Made by a program: the position numbers and the translations under genes
Assembly (NCBI GenBank): GCA_040954595.2
Contig: CM082595.2
Location: 186,001-250,000 of the forward strand
Length of the DNA: 64,000 bases
Reading direction: 5' to 3'
DNA from: Balanoglossus misakiensis
Taxonomy: Eukaryota > Animalia > Hemichordata
The notes under the pieces: model-generated
What the model saw: the letters and a program-made list of their open reading frames with translations, nothing else
The model's database searches: none
What the model was told of the DNA's origin: nothing
Shown here: in pieces, positions 1 through 12,871 of the stretch
How the letters are laid out: each line of letters starts with the position of its first letter
Position numbering within the stretch: the first letter of the stretch is position 1

Positions 1-3000
1 TTATGAACGTCGCCATTTCTTTAGATATTGACAAATAATGAGTTCGGGTCATCTTATCCCGAAGACGTGTCTTCAAAAAGTTCAGTTGCATTGACCTTTG
101 CAGAGAAACTATATGTTCGTGCCTAAACAAGTTCAAGGGTAAATATAACCAAGGTAATTTGTATGGATATCGACTAAGGAATCGTGCCGAAGCTAAATAG
201 AGAAAATGCAATAAGTCGACGCAAATATGCCTTTCATTCAATATGCAGATTTCCAATCCAGACTAGTAAAACTGAATCAGTGAATGTCACATTAAAATGC
301 CATTTCTGACAATGGGCGCTTTAAATGGCCAAGGTTATATCTCGAAAAAGCTAACACCTTCAAGCTGCATTCGTACAATAATTGTTTCATTTCTGTCAAG
401 CACGGGCTTTGGATTCGCGCAATGCAGTTAATTTGATTTTCATATACTGATTTCTACCGGGAATTAACGAGCATGTTTTAATATGCTAATTATATTCATG
501 GTTGATACAGTAAGGGGAGAATTACCCATAATTGCTATATCGAAAATACACACAACAGGACCTTTCCGATTAACAGTTTCGTGCATCCATCAATTTCAAA
601 AAATATTCAGGTTTTTGCCCTTGGCAGTTATGCATGTTGTAAACTGGATTCACAAATGTAAAATGTCAGGTTTGACGTCAATGCTATATTTCAAATATCA
701 AAACACCTAAAAGCTTTCCACACGACACCCAAGTCAAGGCTGTCACTGTGGAAGAACTTCTCTGTCTTGAATAAAAAATAACACATTTACTCCGTGGCCG
801 TAAGCTCTCTATGAGCGATAAGAGTGTATGGTCCCCATTTTTGCAAATCAAAATGCACCGGAAATTAAAAATAGTGAGAGAAAGTACAATATTCTTTTGA
901 GAAAACTTGTAACAAAGACAGTTGGTATTCTACGTATGCAGGGTACTGATGACTGACTTAGCACATCTGGTCATGTGATCAGACTGAGCCAGTTTGGTTA
1001 TATCTGATGACGCAACGCGACTGCTCAGAACATTAGATTGAATGCACATATTACACTTTGCTCATTAAAATCAGGGCGTTCGCACTGAAGTAGGAATTCC
1101 ATCCAAATGACATAAAAATCCAGTATATTCTTGAAAGAAAGTGGTCTCGCGAGACTCTTTGCAGTATTTCATACGCAAACCAAGATAATTGCGCTGCATC
1201 TCAAGTCTATAAATGGTCGTTCAACGGATGTGACGACATACACGCAGCAATATGCCTATTTAATGATTGGCAACGTGAATCACGTCGTATATCATGATTT
1301 GGCCGTTATCTATTTCTGATTATTATAAATTTCATCCATCCATCTATCCAGCCAGCCACAAACCCACCCGAACACCTATTCATTCATGACGAATTTATCG
1401 ACAAATATTCAACTGGCTAACTTTAGGTTTATGATTACAAATAGCTTGTCAATAAAAACTTTAGCTTGCAACTCACAGGACTTTTGTACAAAGATCACGT
1501 AGGTCTCTCGAGTTCCAATTTGCCCTGTCTATCTTCAATCGACTTAACATCGGGCGTTAATGCTGAGCTGCAGAAGACCTGTTTTGACCGCATTTCACTG
1601 TTACTATAGTATTGCATTGTACTCATCAATTACAAGTGAACGTTGGAAAATCGATTCCCACAAATCCAGTATAAAGGAACAGATTTTATTCCTCTCGGGA
1701 TTTTCCATTTTTGCAATTTCCCGTCTCCCATTCGAGTGGATTATATTGACGTAGACAGGTTCGATAAATCGACAACACATTAACGCAGTATCCGCCTCGA
1801 GGATCAAAGTCTTTACCATTTTTCATATTTTGCTCGAGGAAACTAGTTATTCTCTCTTGAAATTGGCGATAACAATTGAGTGTCTTGACATATGAATGTG
1901 AACGAGAGCAAAATTTTCTCAAATTTGAAAGATCTCTTTGTTTGAGGCCCACAAGTTCTGATATCTAATATAATAATATCCTTGTAACATTTGAGGGATT
2001 CTTTTTGCTAGATAAGCACAGAACAAGGTACATGTAGATGTATATACCTATCAGGGAGTCGAAATTTTATTCATCTGACCGACCTACCAAACATGGAGAT
2101 ACGTTTTGTTTACTTGGTATGTTCCCGTGGCAACACCAGGTGAGGTGATTCACTTCCGGGTCACTGGCGCCATCTGCTTCCCACAGACCAATTGGAAATC
2201 ACAATACTGACAGTGGCAGATTAGTCAACACTTTTGTTCCGAAATATAAATATTTAATTTGAACGACTAGTGACCTGCACAGGGCGTTATTAAAATAACG
2301 TTACTAGCGCAATATAAAATGGCACGAGCACTAATACCACAGGTATTGGGTACTTGCGGAATTTTAAATCAAACGTTGGTAGTCACAAGATCTTTAGGTA
2401 GGTAGTTTGCAAATTATTTTTGTATGAAATCCACGTTTAGCTACAGACTTCTAACTCGTGCAAACAGACCACATTGCCATGTCAAGGCCGCGCTTGTTTT
2501 CTATTGACGTTAGATGGAGAGGTCGTGCAGTTGCCGCAGCATTCAGAAGCCGCGGCACCATTTCATCTAAACCATCAAATGCTCGAACGGTTCCATATAG
2601 TCTATATAATTGTACATAATCATATACGACAAAAAGACTCGCCGCATGGGACCTGTGACATCTCATGCTTCATGTATTTTGTACACCGCAATTCTGAGAA
2701 ACCATACATTATATATTGCCGCACAATTTTTGCTCGAAATAACATGAGAAATTTAACAAAAGAATGATCGATACGGCAAAAACTAACACTTTTCAACGAA
2801 CGACCGAGTCACGAACCTCGCCTAGTTCGCCCACACCGAGCTGCTATCATGACTCATTGTGTACCCCCGCATTGCTAATATTGATTGGGTTATTTTCCCC
2901 TTTATGAAAAGTTTGTGAAATTATTTCGTGCGTGGAAATGATATATGTTATCAAATAAAACGGAACAGTTGCTTTTCATCCATTTCTAACTATGGAATCT

Positions 3001-5232
3001 AATTAAATTGCCCTGAATATCACCCATGCATACATTACACCATGAATACCAGTCTTTTGTCAAATATTAATCTGGAAATAAAACAAAACTGAAAACCATA
3101 TTTAAATAGATAAACGACCACGTAAGCTTCAACATATGAATATTACATGTTTTACATGACTTTCATAACTATGCACGTCAATTTGCGTCGAGATGCGAAC
3201 TAACATGGCCTACAAGCTGTGGTGAAATTCAGCCTTCCGTTCATGTAATGCTGAGGTTAGGATGTGTTACGTGTGTGACTTCAAATCCACTTGTCAACAA
3301 AAAGCGATGAATACCATACACTTGAATGGCTTGCTATACGAGTGATCTAATTGACGTCGCATTTCATCCATTATAAGTTGAGGTTCTCAAAAGGTTTTGA
3401 TTTACAGAAAGCAATGGCGGCCGTCTGCATACAAATTTACATCATGTGCAACGCTAAGTTAAAGATAAAACCGCAACAGAGAGCCAGAATAAAATCGCTT
3501 TCGACGTCACATAAATATAGCATTACTTTTACATATCTCTCATCTCCGGTCTCCCGAAATTACCTGCTCATCTTTTGATGGCTGAATCACCATGGTTACA
3601 GAGTCTTGAGTTAAGGAAGAAAATGCATCATCCGGTATAAATGAAGAAGCAACAAAGATTTATAGAATCACTCCCTTCCCGTTATATTACTTTTCAATAT
3701 TTAAGATGTGTGATATATCAACTGACATTTAGATACTAGTATACCATCACCTTTGCAAATTTAGCCAATGTTATCGTGTAAACTACAAGTATATGTTTAA
3801 AATGGATAGTATGTCTCGATTTCCATGAAAGTTATCAACCATCGACCCCGAAATTTTATATTAAAATCTAAATTTCTAGTATTACGTGCAAACTACACTC
3901 GTCGTGACATCTAATAGGAAAGGTCGGCCATCTTGAAAGGTATTGGCAGTCACTCCATGCACGAATCGGATGCATTAATCAAAGTTCTAAACTGCTAGCA
4001 GCGGAAACTGGCAGCTGCCGCGAGATGTTGGTCAATGCTTAATTTATCAGCGTTGCCTAGACGATCATTCGAAAGCTTAGAGAGTTACTTGTTCAGATGG
4101 AGGCGACGTATGTCAAATGGTGCCCTCTTCACGCGCTTAAATTGCGATGTCATAGTATATTTATTAGTTATTTTGTTACATATTTTTCGAAAGGTAACCT
4201 ACTACGTATACTGATTCAACTTACAGTTAACAGTCGTCTATGTAACAGTGTTATTTTACTGCCAGACATCTGACATATTCAGACTAATCTACAGAAATCA
4301 TTCAGTGTCGACTTTCGGAATGCTCTTTCGGCGTGCATTAACCGATTGCATAACACTCTAAGGAGATTGACTTAACATTCGTGTTCAGGAAATTTCTGTC
4401 TCGCGCGAGCATTAGAGAATTACTGGTACTGATACGGTATGCCAGGGAGGGTGCTATGATATAACTCGATATCAATCGCCATTTTGGACGCTGACTGTTA
4501 CGTTATTCAAATTTAGAAGGTCTAATCTCTTGAGCCTGAGACCATTCACCTTGCGCAGTCAGTTCCTGATTGCAGTGCGCATCGTGTATCAGACGTCGCC
4601 ATCTCTGTTCCTGGCGAAGGATCTGCCACAATATTAATAGGAGAATGAAACCGTATGCAATTTGTGGTCTGACTGATGGAACATTCAGATAGGAGATAAT
4701 GGAAGTCTGTGTGGAGATTTGTAGAGCGTCGTCGAGGGACAGTTGTGCAAATTCGCATTAAACCATTATCGTGTATAATCCTCCATCTGAGATCGAGTGA
4801 ATACAGTAAGCGCAAGACGAAAAAGACAGGAGAGATGCCCACCACAGTAAACACTGGGCAAAAACGTGTACACTGCCCTCTATCAACATCATTGTGATAA
4901 ATAACCACACACCATTGACCCCAAAACTCGAATGTGGTGTTCTGACGTAGAAGTTAAAGTTGGTGTCACTGTCGTGGCACGTTTTCCCTGTTTTCCCCCT
5001 ATAATTAACCTCCCGTGTATTGATGTGCCATCGGGGTGTCGTCTAACAGGCTGGATCAACTGCCGTACCCTCTTGACCTCTATTCGTACCCATGTGGAAA
5101 CGCAGCTGTACGGTTGGGGTAATTAGCATAACTGAAATTAGCATATCCCCCGTACATCTGGTTTCCACAGCTAGGACAAAATCCTGCCTCAGAGCTAATA
5201 CATATCTGATCTAATTTACATACCTTTTACAG

Positions 5233-7216
5233 GCAATAAACACGTATTCCTTGGCCCACAAGGAGAATTCTCAGTGGATGAGCCTGGTAATCGTCTGGTG
5301 TAACCTTCTCCGAAGTCTCGTCAACCCATGTTTGATTCAAATCATTTGCGACCGCTACAGAAAGGGGTTCAAGAAGACCATGGGAAACACGTGTTGCGTT
5401 GAAAAGGATACTCTAGAACAAGCCAAAACGCCCTCAAGAGGTGTGTTTTCGGATTGCCCTTGTCAAAGTGCTAAGGGGTGGACCACGCTGACCTGGGAGG
5501 GTCTAGCAGATTAAGACTACGGCGGACCTTTTTACCAGGATCTCTGCCGATTTTTTATACTCATAACATGTGGTTGTTTTTTCGCACCTCTCTTTCGCGC
5601 CTGTTCTTAGAATAAGCAAAACAGTGACACGTTTTAAGATAGACTGTCTATGGTTTTAGCAATGGGTCAAAGTTCACAAGCAATACTCCACACCACATCA
5701 CAACACACCATACTAGTCAACGAACGAATATCTAATAAAATGACATCATTCTGTAGTCAGTTCATTGGCACGTCCCTATTATTTTCTCACTCTTCATCAA
5801 TTGCGTGTTTTGAAGTTGTTTAACTTTTTGATTTGTCTCTTTTTTGCAGAAAACTCGACGGAGAATTTAAAATCGTTTGATAATTCAGGTTTCCCAAATC
5901 ACAATTTCTTGACTGAGGAATATTGTGATGATATAGTGCCTTCTAGAGATCGCGTCAACGTAGGTGATTCGGACAGAGTTTCAACTACAGCTGTTGTCTT
6001 GGAGACGGTGCAGAGCAGTACAAAACCAGAGAGTGCGTCCGCGAAACAGTTGGCCGAGGATGGAAAGGACACTCATTCCTTTGCGAAATCTAACGTTGAT
6101 AGCGAAGTTCCAAAAGTAGCAGGGGACACATCAATCTCGGAACGATGTCCGGCTTCAAAAGTTTATGAGAAACATAAACACAGGCACAGACATCGCGATG
6201 GAAACGTTAAAACGGTGGAGAGGGTTACAAAAAATGGGAAGAGAGGAGAAAAATACCATTCTCAGGGAAAGGAAAACTTTCGGGACGTTTTCAGACTGCA
6301 GTTACCGACTATGGAAAGTGTGGAAGAGGAGAGCGGTGAAAGCGAGAGTGAGGGTGGTAGTGAGGGTAGATACAGCGCCAAAGATATTGCCAGTGTTCTC
6401 GACAAGGAGGTTGTCGTAGAGGCTCAAATAGAAGCTGTGCCGAACAGGCCTGAAGACGGAGACTCGTCTGACTTTGACAGAAATTCAAAAGGAACCGAAC
6501 ATGGCGAGGGTGGTGTATATGTTAAAAGGGATTCAAAGGTTAACCACCATGGCAGAGATGCAAACGAAAAGGAATCAAACAATACTGGCAACGAAGCGGT
6601 TACTGAGACGGACGAAACGTCAGGATTTGCAAAAGGTGACAGAGACAAGAAAGTAGAAACCAACCAGTCTGAAATATTAATGACGAAAAATGAATACGAC
6701 GAACAAGAAGAGTTTTCGCTTGGGGTGAAGGGTCAAACCAATATGGCGCCCATGGTCCAGTACCAAGAGACCACGCAACGGAGACTTCCATTGAAGGACA
6801 CGGGTCGTAGAGCAGTGGATTTAGACACCGAAAATCTGTCGTCAGACCCACACACCAGCTTAAAAAGTCCTACAAAACTCAGAGGCGACGCGCAAGCGCA
6901 AATGAGACAGAAAACTTACCTAAAGTTGAACTTAGGAGATACATCTCCTAAAAGCATTTCACCACACGACACTCCCCGTTCTCCGTTCACCTCTCCACCG
7001 ATCAGTGCCCGCGGTAAACCCACCTATATTACCCCCGATAAATTGGTGTCTGCCTTAAAAAGCGCCCAATATTCGGTACTGGACAGCGGGGAAATCGTCA
7101 ACCACAAAAATGAAGATCAGAAAAGTCAACCCAAAATCATAAACAACTCCCTCAACGATAGAGAAGGGAAAGCATTACAACTGCCTAAAAGTTGTGACGA
7201 TATCATTTATATTTAA
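5233..7216 (+). CDS. Class A GPCR, 3' part only (ECL3-TM7-helix 8 exon plus long C-terminal tail exon); the TM1-6 exon must lie upstream of the window
   Basis: Exon 5233-5440 (ttttacag|GCA...AGAG|gtgtgt, 208 nt, phase 0/1) encodes AINTYSLAHKENSQWMSLVIVWCNLLRSLVNPCLIQIICDRYRKGFKK, which parallels the TM7/H8 of the neighbouring GPCR (LLNAVLNPIIYATICNNYRRGYNK). Exon 5850-7216 (ttttgcag|AA, phase 1) continues in frame with the 483-aa ORF and ends ...CDDIIYI-stop. AATAAA at about 7389. Confidence 0.75.
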
Positions 7217-8034
7217 ATGAAGTACTTAGTGTGTTCCATTTTATATGCTGTTAACAACTCTGTGAGGCATTTGTCTGTGTACAAGTTTCGATTGTAAAGA
7301 AATTCAACACACTTCCAGAGGGCAAAATATATATTGCACCTGTAGATGAAAATATACATTTGTACTGTTTTGAAATAACAAGCGTTTAAATAAACTCAGA
7401 ATTTACACAGTTCTGTTTGTATGTTGTGGTTATATATTCACCAAGACAGACGATACGACAAATTAAGTTTGGTTTGAAGACAATGACGAGACTTAAAGTA
7501 ACCGAATATTCATATCACCATTGACGTTGCAATAATCACTGTCAAATTAATAATTATCTAGACTTGATATATCATCGATCAGGTGGATATTTTTTCCTAA
7601 AACGGAAATAAACATGGTTTCTTAAATTTGAAGTAAAGGAAACAGCTGACAGCTGATGAATCGAGCGGTTGTCATCAAAGAAAACTGACGGCTGTGACGT
7701 CAGAGAATTTCAACAGAAAATGATGTTCTGTATATATCTCGTCACGGTAAGGAGCCTCCATTGATTTTCTGGTGGAATTTGGTGACAACGTCAATCTCAA
7801 ATTTCTTCACAAAATTTACCAAACAAAGATTATTAAAATTAACGAACTCTGCAAGTGACATTAAGAACACCGATACCGGATGTTGTCATGGTAATGAATA
7901 AATAGTCTTAACGTACAAAAACACAAATAACGAAATACGTTTTTCTTAATACACCAAATACAAATATAGACACGCGTTTTGTCCATATCTTTCGAACAGT
8001 GGTCTTGCTGGAAATAAATAATCATCAATCACAT

Positions 8035-8110
8035 ATTAAATCAATCAATCAGAAACATTTGAAAGCGCCAATATTCACAACGACGAAGTGTTCAATGGCG
8101 CTGGACAAAA
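8035..8110 (-). mobile_element. Possible LINE/SINE 3' tail remnant (agcgcc...ggcgct stem followed by (TGAT)n)
   Basis: The minus strand reads tccagcgccattgaacacttcgtcgttgtgaatattggcgctttcaaatgtttctgattgattgattt. A stem-loop plus short tandem tail resembles L2/Rex-Babar-type 3' ends. Confidence 0.35.
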
Positions 8111-8259
8111 GTGCTCAGACTTTCTTTAAAATATAAGATAAAATATTTACATCAAGGTAGCGCCTGGCCAGACGTCTGACTGCCAAATGGAATGTCTAAG
8201 TTGATGCACCTTTTGAAGTATACACAACTCTCGCGAGATTCTGTAAAGATATTAGGACA

Positions 8260-11200
8260 TCATGTGTAACCATCGCATTCAGCTGAACTGTCGTTTTCTG
8301 CAATTTTTGAAAGTCCCTGTGCTTTGTCCCGCTGCATTATGTAGTCGTTCAGTTTCATGATGTCTTCTTGGTACGAGTTCGTCAGCTTCGCTTTGGCGGG
8401 CGACTTTGCACCTTTTGCAGTTGTGTCTGGAATTCTCAGCGTCTTAAGGGTGCCGTCACCGTCGTCGGTAAAGTTAATGGAGAACGTCTCTGTCTCGTCC
8501 AAGTCGTTGCTAACGAAGCGGTTTGCACGAGTGCTGAACCGCAAACATGGCGACCGTGATGGGGTGCTGGAGGTTTGACTGATATTGCTTTTGAGAGAGC
8601 AAGTGTCGATGTTGTCGTCGCAGATTTCTAGAACCTCCAACTCGATCCGTACTTGTGGTGTTTTCAGTCTCGACGGCTCGTCGCCAACGCTTTTGCAGTT
8701 GAAAAGCCCGACTTTCTTGGCGATAGGGGTACGTTTTTTGCTCGTGGACGTCAGCTCGTAGGTTTCGCTGAGCGACATGGTCTTGCCGACTGGGGTTTTA
8801 ATGGTGACCGATTCCTGGATTGAGCAGAACTCGATTTTTCTGGTGCCCAGTTGTTTCCGGAGATCTTCTTCAGTTGTCCCCGCCAGGTGAATGCCGCTAA
8901 TGAACTCCTGGCTTCCAGCTGCCGAGGACAGACTGTCCAGGAACACCGACTCGACGTCACATCCGCTGTCGGACTGGACGCTTTCCGAGTGGACAAAGTG
9001 AGATTCGCAAGTTTTCTGTTGTTTCTCCGACACCTCACGATTCTGTGTGTCCGCTTGTTGGTGAATTAACACCTCGGTTCGTGTTGGCACAGGTGATGAA
9101 CCACGGGAAACCGTTGCTTCAACGTGGACCGTTATAGCGCTCTCTGTAGTCGGCTCTTGCGCGGTGCCCTCTCTCTCGGCGTTGCCAGGCGACGACAGTT
9201 CCCCATCATTTAGATCTGTTTCGCTGTAAATCAAGGTGGGATTTTCATAGGAGGTTGCCCTCTGTAGTTCAGGTGAATCGGAGTAACCTTTTCCGCCGCG
9301 CTTGCTGTAAATTCGACGATTCAGGCCGGGGCTGTTATCACTTGCTGAGACAATATGCTGAGCGATACGATGAACTTGACTACCTGTGGAGACAAATTAA
9401 GACAACATTACTTTCTTGTTTGTCTTTAATTTCCTAGTTTGTATCCAGTCAGTCAGTGTGAGCTACTAGTAAGTCGATATTGACACCCATGTAGTGTTGT
9501 TAGAAAGGAAGAGGGGCGTCCAACACTTGAGTTTGTGCTTTTGGGAAAATTCCATTAGCGGGACCCTACTGCTATGGTCATTATCACACAATTATCAGAG
9601 TTGTTAACTTACCCGTCATGCCTAGAGGCAGTTCGTGTATTTTACAACCACATATGCAGGCGACATTGTAGAGTATTTTGTTGTAACCACGCCTGTAGTT
9701 GTTACATATTGTCGCGTAAATTATTGGGTTCAGAACAGCATTCAACAGTAACACTCGTATTCCTATCGTTTTCAGCAGTTCGTGGGGGCGTCCTTCAATC
9801 AATTCGTAAGTGATGCCGCCCTGTGAAGAAAATACCAGATTTTGAAGTTTTCATCAAATTGTACCGAGGCATGATACAAAGTTTACATCTTTATAATTTT
9901 ACATATCCTGGCATTTTGTTTGCATGAGTTTTTGAAACTCTGGAGCAGTTCTTTCTGTCAAAAAGGCTGAATGAGTTATGTAATGTCAAACCAACAAAAC
10001 ATCAGGATGTAGGGTCGATCAGGGGTCACAAAAGTGGCCTATTGCGCATGCATCCTGGCCGCCCCACATTTCACATGTTTCATGTCCGTGGCATGATCTA
10101 GGCAATCATTAACTGCCATCGCAACCGGTAGCAATCATACATTGCAAAGGGGTACAAATTAGCCAAATTTGGTGCAACCGAATAGAAAAATATCATTCTT
10201 AAGTAGATTCAAGACATTTTAAAAGGTCAGGGCAATATGGAAAGAAGAGAGCTTCACAGTACATGTACATGACTTAGGATGACAAACCTTATTTCAAGAA
10301 GTGTTCTGAATATTTTACAATACCTGGGCAAAATGGCCGCCCCATGACTATTGACCGACCGTTTTATGCATGCTAGTATTTTGACGTGAAACAAAAATAA
10401 AAGTGTAAACTAGAGGTTTATTATCCTGTCAAGGAGATTATGCTTTCGTCTGCTTTAACCAATCTTTAACTGCCTTCTGTAGTTACATCGACGTCAGGAA
10501 GATAGAGATAAGCACTTTCCACATTTCCCCCTTCAAAGTTACTATGGCAACACGCACAGATTTTCAGCGGTCTTCTCCTTCTACTTTCGCGGAAACATAG
10601 CACGGTACATTGGTTTTGATGAAAGTCATTCGAAAAGATTATTCAATCATGAGCAAAATTGTCACAGAACCACTCCGACGATTTTCACTGAAATAACGAC
10701 AAAGACACCAGGAAATCGCATTGTATTAGAAATGTATGCGTTTGAAAGGCTGCTACTGATTCAATCCTTTAAAATCTCTGTACCACCGGTACATTCGCTA
10801 TTAACTTCCGAACGTTGACCTGATCACCTAAAGAAGCCACACGACTGTTTTCGTGTTGTGTGAATTTGTAATCTCCATCTCAATGGCGCTTTGCTTGACC
10901 TCGCCTCGTCAACATAGGAAACCTTTTTTTTATTTCTGAGAAACAACGACCTCCGATTCTCAATCTCAACCCCGCCCGTTGGCTGGAGCACCCACTCATC
11001 GTCTCTGCAGTTTTTTTTTGCTTCCGTATATGCACCATCATGCCCTGATGTGTCTAGCACCATTTCCTCGCCTCTCTGTTGATGTTGATCCTATTTCTGA
11101 GCGCCACACCTGCTATCTCCACGGTGATAATCTCTCGCTCTAGCGTACGCTGGCGCTTTGAGTACGATGCAGGGTCGGCCTCTGTTCACAACGCTGCATG

Positions 11201-12805
11201 TTCAGCTAACGGTGCCCCGGGAGAAGCTAACTGCAACTGATTACTGTGTTTGAATACTGAGTCAAACCTTAATGGCACTTCGAGAGATTGTGATGAAAAT
11301 TGTATGGGCCCAGGGATTACACGCGCTTTTAGGCATATTACTTATAAAGGCTTATTCAAGGATTATTGCTACTTTCTCGCCGAGTTGTACTTACATCTCC
11401 TATCGCGTGTCCCATCATTTCAACAGGCTTTAGCCTGTCTGTCTGTTTTCGTGTTCCGTCTCTATCTTCGACAATATAATTATATAGCACTCTTGTCAGA
11501 CATCCTCTCTCTCTCATGCTAAAGTTTATGGGCATGATCAGTGACGGTCATAGTGGTAGCCATGACACACTCGCCACACTAAGCACTGTATGTGCCACAA
11601 CGTTGGGGTCGTTTGAAAGTAACAGTCACCTCCCCCTTAAAACTTAGTCTAGTTTACACACACGTTGTGTCAAGCTCTCTGTGACCGCTCTGTTTTCAAA
11701 AACATTCTATTCATAAATGTAATCACTCTGGGAAGCCTCGAGACATGTCCTTGAATGACAATGCCTCCAAGATATGAAAGAAAATAACCGATTTCATGGA
11801 AATTGAGTTTCTACACGAGCTAGGGGTTCCAATCCATAATTCATCTGGTCCACAAACAAGGTCTCGCCAGGGGCGTTGGGGCATACGAGATCACGTTTCG
11901 GCTGTTTTGCTCCAAAATGTGGAGGTTCATGGGAACTGGACGGTACAATATCATCATTGAACTTGCCGTTGGCTAAAGTATAATATCGATTGATGTTTAA
12001 CCCAAAAGCTTCATGATCCATTATGCGATATGTATGTGCATGAGATACATGTTATTAGTTCGGGCACTCCCAATACCTCCATCACATATTTTAGTCGTAG
12101 TTGTGCCTCTCGCTGGAAAAATCAGTCTTAAACTTTCCACCACACTTCAACTGCTCAAAGCAAATGTAGATTATTCTCTCTTAAGATTGAGAATAAAAAT
12201 TTGGGGTCACCGTGTAAAATTTTGAATGAGAAAAGCGAATTTTTTCAAAATGGCCGCCATCCTGGAGTTCAAAGTACAGAAGATGTGTTTGGGGAAACCA
12301 GTGTCCTCTACACTGCTTATTTATGGAACTCTAAGATGTACTCTATATTTGGCCAGGGATGTGTTCTCTCGTAATATAAATTCACATTTCCGTTCACGTA
12401 TCGAATGCAATTTACACGTGTGTTTAAAACCAGCTTAATTTAGAGTGTCGCCTGGGGTAAAGACCAGATGCCATCCATCTGAGTCTAAATATTGCAGAAA
12501 CCGGAAAAATCTCTCGCGCAAAGTCGCCGACTCGATGATTCGTTGAGACGCCAAGAGGGATTGGGGTTGTGTTCTTCTCTCCGAAGCCCTGAATTTAATT
12601 TTAGTGCAGTATTAGTGTTATTTTTAGATCAATGTAAGTTAAATTTAGAGAAGTTCACACCGACGCGCCTACCCGTTTTCTGATTTTTGTTAGGTGCACA
12701 ATTGGATTAACGAAGCTATCCCGTCCGAATTATCCCAGTGTCGTCAAAATAAAAGATGAGAAACTACTTACAGCCTCTCAAAACATTTTATCTCTCTATC
12801 TCTCT

Positions 12806-12871
<66 letters not shown>

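Noticed and set aside
1-5232. Short ORFs at the window start
   Set aside because: No recognisable protein features; interpreted as the large intron preceding the plus-strand GPCR TM7 exon, with repeat fragments.
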